Shown here piece by piece: positions 63,056 through 64,000 of a stretch of 64,000 bases of DNA. The stretch comes from Enoplolaimus lenunculus. Taxonomy: Eukaryota. The notes beneath the pieces were generated by a model, which worked only from the letters and a program-made list of their open reading frames with translations, was not told where the DNA came from and made no database searches. The position numbers and the translations under genes are program-made. Within the stretch, counting starts at the first letter, position 1; every line of letters begins with the position of its first letter. The stretch lies in assembly GCA_030248215.1 (NCBI GenBank), contig JASANG010000266.1, positions 372,001-436,000 of the forward strand, read 5' to 3'.

Positions 63056-64000
63056 CAGGAAGATGTAGATTTCTGTACTGAAGCAAAAATAAAAAACCAC
63101 GCTAACAATTAAAAATGAGATAAAACAAACTTTTACTCAACTTAAATACTTCCAACAGAGCACAATTTTCGACGCTGTATCCGGTTAACACCCTGTTCTG
63201 TTTCCGGTAAAAATTGATTATCCGGTTAACATCCATTCTGTTCCGGTAAAAATCGATTATCCGGTTCGTTCCGGTATCAGGTTAATACCCACTCGACCTC
63301 GGGCAATGACGAATACATTATATTAAAAACACGCTCAACAATTTCCTTTCCAAGCTTAGGAATCACCATAGACATCAGAAAGTTAACAAATAGTAAAACG
63401 TATTGTATCGAGCCTTTCTCTGTATTACAATTTTTCTGTTACGCAAAGCAAGTAATGCCATGTCTTTGGAAAAATAACCACTAGCTAAGTCATCATTGGT
63501 TGCGATATCAGAGTTGCAAAATTTAAAAGTTAAATTTCGGCTTTAAAAAATTGAAGATACAAAAACTATACGCAATCGAACCAATGATCCCTGAAAGTTA
63601 GGGTATAGAGTGACTAGTAAACATGAAAAATGCAATATTAAGTAATGCATTTGTGAGCAAAGTAATTTCATAAACAACCTGTATTTTATACTAGATTTCA
63701 CACTAATATGACATGCAGGAATCGTTGATGACAAAAATACAAACCATTTACGACAATATAATATTGAGTATCACATTTTAGATTTATAGCAACAGACGTG
63801 TCTTGGACTCTCGGGTTCTTTTTCCTAACAGTATTGGTCGGATCCGTTGCTTTCTACAGTGTTGTAAACTTTCAAAATAATTTTCTGGCTCAAGCTTGAA
63901 TGCGCTAAACTGCAGCAAGCATGTTGAAGCACTATTGTGAAAATGTTATGCGGAGTCCTAGACGACCTAGACCATTATCGAAACGCATATTTCACCCGGC

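Overview
AT-rich invertebrate (metazoan) genomic DNA, not prokaryotic. Two spliced protein-coding genes lie on the minus strand. (1) An engrailed-class homeobox gene: 3 coding exons (20658-19266, 13017-12734, 12036-11866), about 615 aa, with EH1/EH2/EH3/homeodomain/EH5 motifs and long poly-N and poly-Q tracts. (2) A CLK/Doa (LAMMER) kinase: 11 coding exons between 57959 and 43960, about 1421 aa, with a very large Arg/Ser-rich N-terminus and an extra RS-rich C-terminal tail. Between them is an apparently intact autonomous piggyBac transposon (31109-33311) with TTAA TSDs, TIRs, three copies of a 16-bp palindrome and a 568-aa DDD transposase. Non-coding DNA is densely filled with non-autonomous elements: 8-bp-TSD hAT-like MITEs, a TA-TSD Tc1/mariner-like MITE, a MITE family carrying telomere-like (TTAGGC)n, a TTAA-flanked piggyBac MITE carrying a tRNA-derived Pol III cassette, and Helentron/DINE-like elements with an internal ~175-bp satellite that bracket one CLK exon in inverted orientation. 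There is also a tandem array of tRNA-like Pol III units. Gene models were built by hand from GT-AG sites and phase continuity. The organism is not determined (nematode-like hints only). No database searches were run.
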